Assembly (NCBI GenBank): GCA_022545455.1
Contig: JACZQZ010000003.1
Span: 1-52,570 of the forward strand
Length of the DNA: 52,570 nt
Direction of reading: 5' to 3'
DNA from: Pseudomonadota bacterium
GTDB lineage: Bacteria > Pseudomonadota > Alphaproteobacteria > Rhodospirillales > 2-02-FULL-58-16
Under the pieces are notes generated by a model. The model was not told where the DNA came from. It made no database searches and was given only the letters and a program-made list of their open reading frames with translations. Shown one piece after another: positions 26,104-35,361 of this stretch; position 1 is the stretch's first letter; each line of letters starts with the position of its first letter. The translations under genes were made by a program, and so were the position numbers.

Positions 26104-28344
26104 ATGAGCGTTTCGGAGATAAGGACGATGGCGCGCGTCAAATTGAGCCTAGGCACATTCGGCCGCGGACGGTTTCGCGACATGAAGCTGCAGATGAAAC
26201 TGGTCTTGAGCTTCGTCTTCCTGTCCGCCTTGATCGGCGCCTCGGGCGGCTCGGGCCTGTTATTTGTCAACAGGATCGCGGACACCGTCGCCATTTACTC
26301 GGACGTGTCCTCGCCCCTGGTGGAGGAGACCATGGCCCTGGTCGGCGGCATGCAGAACATGCATGTCGCCTTGCTCGATGCCTTGGGCCGCCAGGACGAG
26401 GACCGAATTCAGGCCACCGAGGCCGAAATAACCCAACTCGAGGGCGCCGCCCAGAAGGGGTTCGAACGGCTGCGCCAGCTCTTGGCCGCGGGCGGGATCG
26501 ATCTTGATATCGACGGCGCGATGTCGAGGCAGGGCGAGTTTGTCGAGCAGGCCCATGACATGCTCAAGGCCCACCGGATCAAGGTGTCGAAAGAGGCGGC
26601 GGCCCAACAACAACTTCGCGAGTTTGAGAAACAACGCCAGGCACTCGAAAAGCTCCTCGGCGCTTTCGCCCGCGAGGCCGAGGCCACCATGGGCGAAACC
26701 GAGGACGGAACCAAAACCTTGCTCCAATCCGGCGACGCCAGCATGGCGGGCCTGGAGGACATGCTCTCGAAAACCTTCGACCAAGCCTATCCCCAGGTCC
26801 AGGGGAGTTACAAGGTCCAGGCCTATCTCATGCGGTTGCAGGACATCGCCCGGGCCTACGTCGCCGAGCGCAACGCGGACCAGCTTGGCAAAATTGAAAC
26901 GCGGTTCAAGAAGACCGTAAAAAAATCCGCGTCCTGGCTCAAAAGGCTCAGGTCCCGGGCCAAGACCGAGCAGGCCAGGAAGGACGTCAAAACCATCACC
27001 GACGGTTTTGATGAACTGGAATTCAGCGCATTGTTCGATAACGGGTTGTTCGCCGTCTACCGGGAATCCGTGGAGGCAAATGCGCGCGCCGAGGCGCTGA
27101 AAGTCTCCCTTGCCGAGACCGGCAGGGCTTACGAATCGACCCTGGACGCGATCGTCGGCTCGGCCAGGGACCTGAACAAGAGCGTGAAGGAAAGTACCAA
27201 CAAAGGGGTCGGCGAGGCGCTCCTGAGCATCGGCGTCATCGTCGCCCTGGGCGTCGTGGTTTGCCTCCTGTTCGGGATCTTCCTCGCCCGCGGCATCAGC
27301 CGACCGCTCAGTCGCATCACGGCGGCGATGCAACGGCTGGCCGAGGGCGACAAGACCATCGCCGTCGAAAACGCCGAGCAAAAGAATGAAATCGGCGACC
27401 TGGCGCGCGCCCTGGCCGTGTTCAAGGAAAGCGCCATCGAGAAGGACCGCCTCGAGGGCGAACAGGAAGCCGCCAAACAGCGGGCCGAGGAGGAAAAACT
27501 GGCCCTGATGACCAAGATGGCCGACGAATTTGAGTCCAGTGTCGGCGGAGTCGTCGAGGCGGTGGCGTCCGCGTCGACCGAGATGCAGTCGACGGCGCAG
27601 TCCATGTCGGCGACGGCCGAGGAAACCAGCAAGCAGGCCACCGCGGTGGCCGCGGCCGCGGAACAGGCGTCGGCCAACGTTCAAACCGTTTCCAGTGCGT
27701 CCGAGGAGCTGTCCGCGTCCATTGCCGAGATCGGTAAACGGGTCGCTCAATCCTCGGATATCGCCAAAAAGGCGGTTTCGGCCGCGGAGAATACCAACCA
27801 TGATGTCCGGGGCCTCTCCGATGCGGCCCAGAAGATTGGAGCGGTGGTGGAATTGATCACCGACATCGCCTCACAAACCAATCTGCTGGCCCTCAACGCC
27901 ACGATCGAGGCGGCCCGCGCCGGCGACGCCGGCAAGGGCTTCGCCGTGGTCGCCTCGGAGGTCAAGAACCTGGCCAATCAAACCGGCAAGGCGACCCAGG
28001 ATATTGCCGAGCACATCGGCTCCATCCAGTCGGCGACCGAAAATGCGGTGCAAGCCATCGGGTCGATCACGGAGGTCATCAACGAGATGGACGAAATTTC
28101 GACCACCATCGCGGCGGCCGTCGAGGAGCAAGGCGCGGCGACACAGGAAATCGCTCGCAACGTTCAGCAAGCGGCTACCGGCACGCAAGAGGTGACGGAC
28201 AATATCACCGGCGTGACGCAGGCAACGGGCGAGGCCAGTGCGGCGGCGGGCCAGGTCCTGACCGCATCCCAGGGAATCTCCGAGCAAGGGGAGACCCTGC
28301 GCGAGGAAGTGGCGAAATTCCTCAAGCAGATCCGCGCCGCGTAG
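26104..28344 (+). CDS. Methyl-accepting chemotaxis protein (large periplasmic domain, HAMP)
   Basis: Two TM segments, HAMP (PL.RI...M.RLAEGD...EIGDLARA), IASQTNLLALNATIEAARAGDAGKGFAVVASEVK; exact start uncertain. Confidence 0.95.
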   Translation: MSVSEIRTMARVKLSLGTFGRGRFRDMKLQMKLVLSFVFLSALIGASGGSGLLFVNRIADTVAIYSDVSSPLVEETMALVGGMQNMHVALLDALGRQDEDRIQATEAEITQLEGAAQKGFERLRQLLAAGGIDLDIDGAMSRQGEFVEQAHDMLKAHRIKVSKEAAAQQQLREFEKQRQALEKLLGAFAREAEATMGETEDGTKTLLQSGDASMAGLEDMLSKTFDQAYPQVQGSYKVQAYLMRLQDIARAYVAERNADQLGKIETRFKKTVKKSASWLKRLRSRAKTEQARKDVKTITDGFDELEFSALFDNGLFAVYRESVEANARAEALKVSLAETGRAYESTLDAIVGSARDLNKSVKESTNKGVGEALLSIGVIVALGVVVCLLFGIFLARGISRPLSRITAAMQRLAEGDKTIAVENAEQKNEIGDLARALAVFKESAIEKDRLEGEQEAAKQRAEEEKLALMTKMADEFESSVGGVVEAVASASTEMQSTAQSMSATAEETSKQATAVAAAAEQASANVQTVSSASEELSASIAEIGKRVAQSSDIAKKAVSAAENTNHDVRGLSDAAQKIGAVVELITDIASQTNLLALNATIEAARAGDAGKGFAVVASEVKNLANQTGKATQDIAEHIGSIQSATENAVQAIGSITEVINEMDEISTTIAAAVEEQGAATQEIARNVQQAATGTQEVTDNITGVTQATGEASAAAGQVLTASQGISEQGETLREEVAKFLKQIRAA

Positions 28345-28389
28345 ATTTTAGCCTCCTCCAAATCACCGCTCCCGTAAGGAGCACAGTGA

Positions 28390-28430
28390 CCGGCCGCCCG
28401 CGGTTCCCCCGTCGGCGGCCGGATTTTTTC
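28390..28430 (+). terminator. Probable intrinsic terminator after the MCP gene
   Basis: ccggccgcc...ggcggccgg followed by attttttc. Confidence 0.6.
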
Positions 28431-28633
28431 CGCCGCCGCATCACCCGGGGACCGCAGGCACGGTGTTTTCAGGGTAGCCGCGTGTAACCCGCCACATCGG
28501 CGGCCAAAACCGCAGCGAGCCTCCGGGCGACGCCGTCCTCGGCCATTCGCTCCCTCCGATGAGGGCAGATCAAGTTTAGCGAAGATGACCAAGAAACGGT
28601 ATCAGAACCGCGCCACCTGGCCCGCGAGCAAAC

Positions 28634-28706
28634 GTCTGCTTTGGGTCATTAGCGGACCTTAGCGCCTGCCGTAAGAATGGTCTGCTTTGCGGGGTAGAGC
28701 GGACAT
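28634..28706. repeat. Pair of GTCTGCT..AGCGGAC REP-like hairpins
   Basis: gtctgct-ttgggtcatt-agcggac and gtctgct-ttgcggggtag-agcggac; same family as 24470-24544. Confidence 0.7.
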
Positions 28707-28740
28707 TGTCGCTCGCAACACCAGTTAATGAGTCCATGAC

Positions 28741-29037
28741 CTAGCCGCTGAGCACCGAACAGCGCTGGATGGAGCGCTCGGCGACCATGTGGTCGGTGGC
28801 GTCGCGGAACTTCTTGTAATGGGGGGTTTCGCGGTGGGCGTCGAGGGAGGCCGCCTCGGTGTATTCCTCGTAGAAGAACAGCGTATCCGCGTCGTCCTCG
28901 GAGACCAGAACGTCGAAACGGTGGCAATCGGGCTCGTCGCGCCGCGCCGCCCGGGCGTTCTCCAGGACGTGCGCCCGGAAATCGTCGGCGGTCCCGGGTT
29001 TCAGCTTGACGGTCACGATGATGGCGAAGTGGTTCAC
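28741..29037 (-). CDS. Antibiotic biosynthesis monooxygenase (LsrG/YgiN-like) protein
   Basis: NA.A.RRDEPDC.RFDVL, YE.Y......L.AHR.TPHY; GGAGG RBS. Confidence 0.87.
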   Translation of the reverse strand: MNHFAIIVTVKLKPGTADDFRAHVLENARAARRDEPDCHRFDVLVSEDDADTLFFYEEYTEAASLDAHRETPHYKKFRDATDHMVAERSIQRCSVLSG

Positions 29038-29170
29038 GATGTCCTCCCATGGCGGCGGCCCGGCGGGCCTAAGGGCCGGCGGACCGGAGATGTTCAGAGA
29101 TGTATGGACAACCTTACCCCGATTTTTAAGTATGCGGACCCTGACATTTCATTGGGGAGGAACGAATATC

Positions 29171-29668
29171 ATGGGGACGGACACGAAGATCCTGCGCACG
29201 GCGGACATCTGCGACGACCACGGGGACGCCGTTTCCGTGTGCGAGCTTTCCTTCAATGATTACGCCGCCCGCAACCATTTCCACGGAGAAATCGTGACCT
29301 TCAACACGTTCGAGGACAACAAGGGGGTGCGCGACGTGCTCGACAGGGGCGGCCGGGGCAAGGTGCTGGTCATCGACGGCCGCGGCTCTCCGCGCCGGGC
29401 GCTGTGCGGCGGCAACATCGCCGCGCAGGCCCAGAAGAGCGGCTGGGAGGGGATCGTGATCAACGGCCGCATCCGGGACGCACACGAATTCGCCGACCTG
29501 GATTTCGGCGTCAAGGCGACGGGCACGACGCCCAGGCGCCCCAACCACGGCACCATCGGCAAGGCCGACGTTCCGGTGACCTTCGGCGGCGTCACCTTCC
29601 GCCCCGGTGAATACCTGTATGCCGACGGCGACGGCGTCATCGTCTCCGGGGCCCCCGTCCATGACTGA
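29171..29668 (+). CDS. rraA: RraA-family protein (HMG aldolase/oxaloacetate decarboxylase-like)
   Basis: TADICD, FEDN..V..L...G.GKVLVIDG.GS.RRAL.GGNIA, GW.GIVING.IRD, YADGDGV. Confidence 0.88.
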   Translation: MGTDTKILRTADICDDHGDAVSVCELSFNDYAARNHFHGEIVTFNTFEDNKGVRDVLDRGGRGKVLVIDGRGSPRRALCGGNIAAQAQKSGWEGIVINGRIRDAHEFADLDFGVKATGTTPRRPNHGTIGKADVPVTFGGVTFRPGEYLYADGDGVIVSGAPVHD

Positions 29669-30740
29669 GGCGGCGGACGAATTCCAGACGCTGCACGAGA
29701 TCATCCAGCAGGCCCGCAAAAATCTTTCCCGCGACGTATGGGACTACGTGGTCGGCGGCGCGGAGACCGAGACCACCCTGAAGCGCAACAGAACGGCGCT
29801 GGATTCCATCGCCTTCCGGCCCCGTGTGCTGCGGGACATGTCCGCCGTCGACTGCTCGTCCACCTTCCTGGGCGACAGGCTGCGCATTCCGGTCGTGCTG
29901 GCGCCCATCGGCTCGCTCGAGGCCGTGGAACCGGGCGGTGGCATGACGGTGGCCAAGGCGGCCGGGGAATTCGGCGTCGCCTCCATGCTCAGTTCCGTGT
30001 GCAAGCCCGGCCTGGAGGAGGTCGCCGCCGCCTCCGACGGTCCGCTGATCTACAACCTGTATGTGCGCGGGGACGCGGACTGGGTCGCCGATCACGTACG
30101 CCGTGCCGTGGACGCCGGCTGCCAGGCCTTTTCGGTGACCGTGGACTCGGCCATCTACAGCCGCCGCGAACGGGACATCGCCAAACGCTACAAGAGCCCC
30201 TCGGTCCGCCGCGCCACCGGCATGGAATTTCAGGCCGGGTTCACCTGGGACGACGTGAAACGGATCCGGGACGCCATCGATATCCCCATGATCCTGAAAG
30301 GCATCGCCACCGCCGAGGACGCGGCGATCGCGTGCGAGCATGGCATCGACGTGATCTACGTGTCCAACCACGGCGGCCGGCAGTTGGATCATGGCCTGGG
30401 CGCGATCGAGATCCTGCCCGAGGTGGTCCGCGAGGCGGGCGCCAAGGCCGCGGTCGTGGTGGACGGCGGTTTCATGCGCGGCACCGACATCGTCAAGGCG
30501 ATTGTCCTGGGCGCCGATGCGGTGGGCATCGGCAGGCTGCAGTGCTTCGGCGTGGCGGCGGCGGGCCAGGCCGGGCTGGTGCGCGTCCTCGAACTCCTGG
30601 AGACCGAGATCAGGGCCTGCCTCGCACTCCTTGGCGCCGACACCTTCGACGCCCTCGACGACTCCTGCCTGCGCCCGGCGCAACCGGTGGACAAGGCCCA
30701 TGGCCTGAGCGCGTTTCCCCTGCTCGACGAGGGATACTGA
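29661..30740 (+). CDS. FMN-dependent alpha-hydroxy acid oxidase/dehydrogenase
   Basis: GGAETETT.KRN, FRPRVLRD, ILKGI...EDA, VSNHGGRQLD, DGG.MRG.D. Confidence 0.93.
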   Translation: MTEAADEFQTLHEIIQQARKNLSRDVWDYVVGGAETETTLKRNRTALDSIAFRPRVLRDMSAVDCSSTFLGDRLRIPVVLAPIGSLEAVEPGGGMTVAKAAGEFGVASMLSSVCKPGLEEVAAASDGPLIYNLYVRGDADWVADHVRRAVDAGCQAFSVTVDSAIYSRRERDIAKRYKSPSVRRATGMEFQAGFTWDDVKRIRDAIDIPMILKGIATAEDAAIACEHGIDVIYVSNHGGRQLDHGLGAIEILPEVVREAGAKAAVVVDGGFMRGTDIVKAIVLGADAVGIGRLQCFGVAAAGQAGLVRVLELLETEIRACLALLGADTFDALDDSCLRPAQPVDKAHGLSAFPLLDEGY

Positions 30741-30753
30741 CGCGGCCTCCCCC

Positions 30754-31626
30754 TCACGTCTTGGCGCCGCCGCGCACGAAATCGTAAATCCGGGTGAAGT
30801 CGCTTCCCGGCATGGCCGCATCGGCCCGCCGCCACAGCTCGGTGACCGCCGCGCCGACGGCGGCCGGCGTGTCCTGGGCGCGGACGGTCTCCAGGTAGAG
30901 GCGCAGGTCCTTGGCCATGAGCGCCATCTGGAAGCCCGCGTCATAGGTGCCGGTCTGGATGCGGTTGGGGAACTTGTCGCTGGTCGCGGTGTTGCGCCCG
31001 GTGGAAACGTTGACCACGTCGAGCATGGTCTGCAACCGGAGGCCCTGGGCGAGCCCGAAGGCCATCGCCTCGGACGTCGCCGCCATCGCGGTGGCGGACA
31101 GGAAGTTGTTGATCAGCTTCATGGCCTGCCCCTGGCCGGCCCTGTCCCCCACATGGAGCGGGTTCCCGGCTATCGCCTCGAGGACGGCGCGGTGGCTTTC
31201 CAGCAGCGCCGCGGGACCCGCCCACATCACCGTCACCGTGCCCGCCCGCGCCCCGGCCTGGCCGCCGCTGACGGGCGCGTCCACGTAGGCGACGCCGGTC
31301 CCGGCGAGCACGGCGTGAGCCTGCTCCGCGGCGGCGATGCCGATGGTCGAGAGGTCGACCACCGCGGACACGGCGCGCCCGGCCAGCGCCGCCAGCTCCC
31401 CGGCCACGGCCAGGGTGGCGGCGCCGTCCGGCAGGCTCAGGAACACCGTCTCCGCCGCCCCGCCGACGTCGGCGAGGGACGCCGCGGCCCTGGCGCCGTC
31501 GGGCGTCCGGGCCTCGGTGCCGGCCTTGTCGTAGACGATGAGGTCGAACCCGGCGGCGGCGATGTTGGCGGCCATGGGACCGCCCATGGCGCCGAGCCCG
31601 ACGAAGCCGAAACGGGCCGGGCTCAT
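30754..31626 (-). CDS. NAD(P)-dependent 3-hydroxyisobutyrate dehydrogenase-family oxidoreductase
   Basis: GFVGLGAMGGPMA.N, DAPVSGG, G.GQAMKL.NN, LM.KDL; ATG at 31626. Confidence 0.9.
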   Translation of the reverse strand: MSPARFGFVGLGAMGGPMAANIAAAGFDLIVYDKAGTEARTPDGARAAASLADVGGAAETVFLSLPDGAATLAVAGELAALAGRAVSAVVDLSTIGIAAAEQAHAVLAGTGVAYVDAPVSGGQAGARAGTVTVMWAGPAALLESHRAVLEAIAGNPLHVGDRAGQGQAMKLINNFLSATAMAATSEAMAFGLAQGLRLQTMLDVVNVSTGRNTATSDKFPNRIQTGTYDAGFQMALMAKDLRLYLETVRAQDTPAAVGAAVTELWRRADAAMPGSDFTRIYDFVRGGAKT

Positions 31627-32018
31627 GCACCGCCGCCCGGGTCTATGCCGTCTTCGTCGAGGACTTCGCGGGCCAGCCGGAACGCCCCGACGCCGGCGGG
31701 GACGCCGCAATAGACGGCGATCTGCAGCAGGGTGTCCTTGAGTTCGTCCAGGGTGCAGCCGTTGCCCAGCGCGGCGCGGAAATGCAGCTTGAATTCAGCG
31801 GGCCGGTTGAGCGCCGAAAGCATGCACAGGTTGTTGAGGCTGCGCTGTTTCCTGCTCAGCACGCCGCGGCCCCAGGAGGCGCCCCAGCAGTATTCGGTGA
31901 CCAGCTCCTGGAATTCCCGGTCGAAGTCATCGGCGCGCGCCAGCGCCCGCTCCACGTGTTTCTCTCCCAGGACTTCCTTGCGAACCCTGAGGCCGGTCTC
32001 GTAGCGTTCCGATGCCAT
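31623..32018 (-). CDS. Carboxymuconolactone decarboxylase-family protein
   Basis: GL.VR.EVLG..HV, FQELVTEYCWG..W.R..L, LLQ.AVYCGVPA. Confidence 0.9.
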   Translation of the reverse strand: MASERYETGLRVRKEVLGEKHVERALARADDFDREFQELVTEYCWGASWGRGVLSRKQRSLNNLCMLSALNRPAEFKLHFRAALGNGCTLDELKDTLLQIAVYCGVPAGVGAFRLAREVLDEDGIDPGGGA

Positions 32019-32161
32019 GGTGATGCCCCTCCTGTCATTGAACAAAGCGATTGCCCGTGCGGACGCCGGCAAAGGAAGGCTCGCGCCCCGCCCGGCTTGT
32101 CGCCCGGCGGTTCGCCCAAACCGGTCGTCGGAGATCGGTTGGAGCCTTTACGGCGGGTCCG

Positions 32162-32962
32162 TCAACTGCCCACGTTGGCGTTCCAGTAATCGATGCTCAG
32201 GTCCCGCATGAGCCGGTCGTGACGCAATTCCAGGCAGTGCCGGAGACTGTCAAAGCGGAACCCACTGATGGATTCCCTGCACCAGTCGTATTCCGCTTTG
32301 GCGCGGGAGAGCGCCGGGCTCTCCGTCGCGTCGATCCCCTCTTCGCCGGTCACCTCCTCCCACAGGCCGGCCCGGCGCTGGGCGCCGACGCGGCCTTCCC
32401 GGGGAAGCGCGTTGACCATGCGCCCGAGCACGCCGGCGGCTTTCGCGTCGGCGCTGCCGTCGACGACGCGGGAGCCGAGGGTCCGCAACGGCCCGACGGC
32501 GCGGGCGATCTCGCCGGCCGTCAGCGGATCGGGATCGCCTTTGCGGGGCACCGGCACCAGCGATGCGTTGGCCCCCACCTCGATCCTCGCGCCGACCGCG
32601 CCAAGCGCGGCGAGGACGTCCTCGCGAAGGCGGGCGGAAACGGCCGTGAACCCGCGACGCTCCACGAACACCACGTGGGGCTCGGCGGGCAGCCGGCGCT
32701 CGGCGCCGTCGGCGTCCGTCACCACCAGGGTGAAGGCGCCCGGCGCCGCCGGCGCGTACGCGGCGCCGATATCCGGCGGCGGCCGGTTGCGCTGCAGGCA
32801 AAAGGTGCTGATGTCGGCCTCGCAAACGCCGTCGGCGCAGGTCAACGGGATGCCGCCGTCGGTGGCCAGGGCGGCGAGAACCTGGGGCGCGGCCCAGGCC
32901 CCGTGATGGGCCGCGGCCAGGACCAGACCGGCGGCAAACGAGAAAACAAACCCGGTGCGCAT
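32162..32962 (-). CDS. Exported hypothetical protein with Cys motifs
   Basis: GGAGGG RBS, signal peptide, C....C.......FCLQ..R motif and a C-terminal Cys pair. Confidence 0.7.
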   Translation of the reverse strand: MRTGFVFSFAAGLVLAAAHHGAWAAPQVLAALATDGGIPLTCADGVCEADISTFCLQRNRPPPDIGAAYAPAAPGAFTLVVTDADGAERRLPAEPHVVFVERRGFTAVSARLREDVLAALGAVGARIEVGANASLVPVPRKGDPDPLTAGEIARAVGPLRTLGSRVVDGSADAKAAGVLGRMVNALPREGRVGAQRRAGLWEEVTGEEGIDATESPALSRAKAEYDWCRESISGFRFDSLRHCLELRHDRLMRDLSIDYWNANVGS

Positions 32963-33187
32963 CGAACCCTCCCCTGGCGGCCAAGGACGATAAGGCCCGG
33001 AAACGGGCGGGAGCCGGGCCGATTGTGCCGCGATCCGCGGGCGGCCGCAACCACTGTATGACGGTGATGATGGTGCGCCAAGCCGACGGGATACCGGACC
33101 CCCGGGTTTCGGACCCGGCGACGCCGGTGGGGAAACGTACGCCCTGACGCGCAAATTCGGCCCTGGGACGAATATTCAAGGGGATAT

Positions 33188-33216
33188 TTGACATCAAGGC
33201 CGTGTAACTCTACGTT
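33188..33216 (+). promoter_or_regulatory. Sigma70-like promoter of the second peptide ABC operon
   Basis: TTGACA-N17-TACGTT, 41 nt upstream of the GTG start. Confidence 0.55.
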
Positions 33217-33257
33217 TTTCGCGCCGGACGCGGGCCACAAAAAAATTGGGAGGAATC

Positions 33258-34256
33258 GTGCCGCCGCTGCTCGAAATCGACAACCTGTACACTCAGTTCT
33301 TCACGTCCGCCGGCACGGTGAGGGCGGTGGACGGGATTTCCTACGTCGTGGAGGAGGGCGAGACGGTTGCCATCGTCGGCGAATCGGGGTGCGGCAAGTC
33401 GGTCAGCGCCCTTTCCATCCTCAGGCTCATTCCCGACCCTCCGGGGCGCATCGTGGAGGGCAGCATCCGTTTCATGGGCAGGGAGCTGCTCCAGTTGAGC
33501 GACGAAGAGATCCGCCACGTGCGGGGCCGCGAGATCGCGATGGTGTTCCAGGAGCCCATGACCTCGCTCAATCCCGTGCTGACCATCGGGCGGCAGCTTA
33601 CCGAGACGTTGACCCACCACCTGGACATGGACGACGACGCGGCGCGGGCGCGGGCGCTGGAGCTGCTGGACCTGGTCGGGATTTCGGACCCCGACCGGCG
33701 GCTGGGCCAGTATCCCCACCATTTGAGCGGCGGCATGCGCCAGCGGGTGATGATCGCCATGGCCCTGTGCTGCGAGCCCAAACTGATCATCGCCGACGAG
33801 CCCACCACGGCGCTGGACGTGACCATCCAGGCGCAGATCCTGGAACTGATGAAGGAGTTGACCCGGAACATGGGCGTCGCCCTGATCATCATCACCCATA
33901 ACCTGGGCGTGGTGGCCCGGTATGCCGACCGGGTAAACGTCATGTACGCCGGCAAGATCATCGAGCGCGGCACCGCCCTCGACATCTACCACAGCCCGGC
34001 CCATCCCTATACCCTCGCCCTTCTGCGCTCGGTTCCGCGCATGGACCAGCCGCGCAAGGAAAAGCTGGACCCGGTGGAGGGCCAGCCGCCCGACCTGACG
34101 ACCCTCGACGAGGGGTGCCCGTTTCGGCCCCGCTGCCGCTATGTGGTGGACCGGTGCGCGGAAGAGAATCCCCTGCTCGAGCCGGTCAGCGAGGGGCATC
34201 TTTCGGCGTGCTGGGAGAAGGACCGCCTCCGCGGGCCCCTGAAGGAAGCCTCATGA
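33258..34256 (+). CDS. Peptide ABC transporter ATP-binding protein (DppD/OppD-like)
   Basis: [38 protein letters not shown]. Confidence 0.95.
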   Translation: MPPLLEIDNLYTQFFTSAGTVRAVDGISYVVEEGETVAIVGESGCGKSVSALSILRLIPDPPGRIVEGSIRFMGRELLQLSDEEIRHVRGREIAMVFQEPMTSLNPVLTIGRQLTETLTHHLDMDDDAARARALELLDLVGISDPDRRLGQYPHHLSGGMRQRVMIAMALCCEPKLIIADEPTTALDVTIQAQILELMKELTRNMGVALIIITHNLGVVARYADRVNVMYAGKIIERGTALDIYHSPAHPYTLALLRSVPRMDQPRKEKLDPVEGQPPDLTTLDEGCPFRPRCRYVVDRCAEENPLLEPVSEGHLSACWEKDRLRGPLKEAS

Positions 34257-35284
34257 GCGATCAAACCACGGTCACCGAGAGCCCGGAAGCGGTCCCCGAC
34301 CGGGTATCGGGAGAGGTCCTGGTCCAGGTGAGGAACCTCAAGATGCATTTCCCCATCACCTCGGGGGTCCTGATCCAACGGGAAGTCGCCCATGTGAGGG
34401 CCGTGGATGGGGTGAGCTTCGATATTCGCAGAGGCGAAACCCTTGGCCTGGTGGGCGAATCGGGGTGCGGGAAAACCACGACCGGCCGCTGCATCCTTCG
34501 ACTCGAACGCCCCACCGCGGGGGAGATTTATTTCGACGGGGTCAACGTGGCCAACCTGGGCAAGCGCGAATTGATCGCCCTGCGCCAGAAGATCCAGGTC
34601 ATATTCCAGGACCCCTACAGTTCGCTCAATCCGCGGATGAAGATCGGCGACATCATCGGCGAGCCCATGCACGTCCACAAGATCGAGCCCGACCGGAAGG
34701 CGCGGGACGAACGGGTGCGGGAACTTCTCAATCTCTGCGGCCTCGACCCCAGGTTCGCCGACCGCTATCCCCACGAGATGAGCGGCGGACAGCGCCAGCG
34801 GGTGGGCATCGCGCGGGCCCTGGCCATGAAGGCGGAGTTCATCATCTGCGACGAGCCGGTCTCGGCGCTCGACGTCTCCATCCAGGCCCAGGTCATCAAC
34901 CTGCTGGAGGATCTGCGCGAGGAATTCCACCTCACCTACCTGTTTATCGCCCACGATCTCAGCGTCGTGCGGCATCTCTGCCACCGGGTGGCGGTGATGT
35001 ACCTGGGCAAGATCGTGGAATTGGCCGACTGCGACGAGCTTTACGACAACCCCCTGCACCCTTACACTCAGTTATTGCTCTCGGCGGTCCCCATCCCGGA
35101 CCCCGAGGTGGAGGCGAAGCGCGAGCATCGGATTGTCAAGGGGGAGGTTCCGAGTCCGATCAATCCGCCCAGCGGGTGCGTGTTCCATCCCAGGTGCCCA
35201 ATGGCGGTCGACGGATGCAGCAAGAACGTTCCCGAATTCCGGGAAGTGAAGCCGGGCCACTGGGTGGCCTGCACCGAGGTTTGA
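34253..35284 (+). CDS. Peptide ABC transporter ATP-binding protein (DppF/OppF-like)
   Basis: [37 protein letters not shown]; ATGA overlap with the upstream gene. Confidence 0.95.
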   Translation: MSDQTTVTESPEAVPDRVSGEVLVQVRNLKMHFPITSGVLIQREVAHVRAVDGVSFDIRRGETLGLVGESGCGKTTTGRCILRLERPTAGEIYFDGVNVANLGKRELIALRQKIQVIFQDPYSSLNPRMKIGDIIGEPMHVHKIEPDRKARDERVRELLNLCGLDPRFADRYPHEMSGGQRQRVGIARALAMKAEFIICDEPVSALDVSIQAQVINLLEDLREEFHLTYLFIAHDLSVVRHLCHRVAVMYLGKIVELADCDELYDNPLHPYTQLLLSAVPIPDPEVEAKREHRIVKGEVPSPINPPSGCVFHPRCPMAVDGCSKNVPEFREVKPGHWVACTEV

Positions 35285-35361
35285 ACGCCCCCGTTTAAGA
35301 AAGGGTGATGCATATCAAGGGAACGGAAAGGTTCCCATTAATCAGGGAAGGAGAAAAGACT

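Noticed and set aside
28345-28430. CCUCCUCC-type (cuckoo-like) sRNA after the MCP gene
   Set aside because: Only one clear CCTCCTCC, not in repeated hairpin loops; adequately explained as 3' UTR plus terminator
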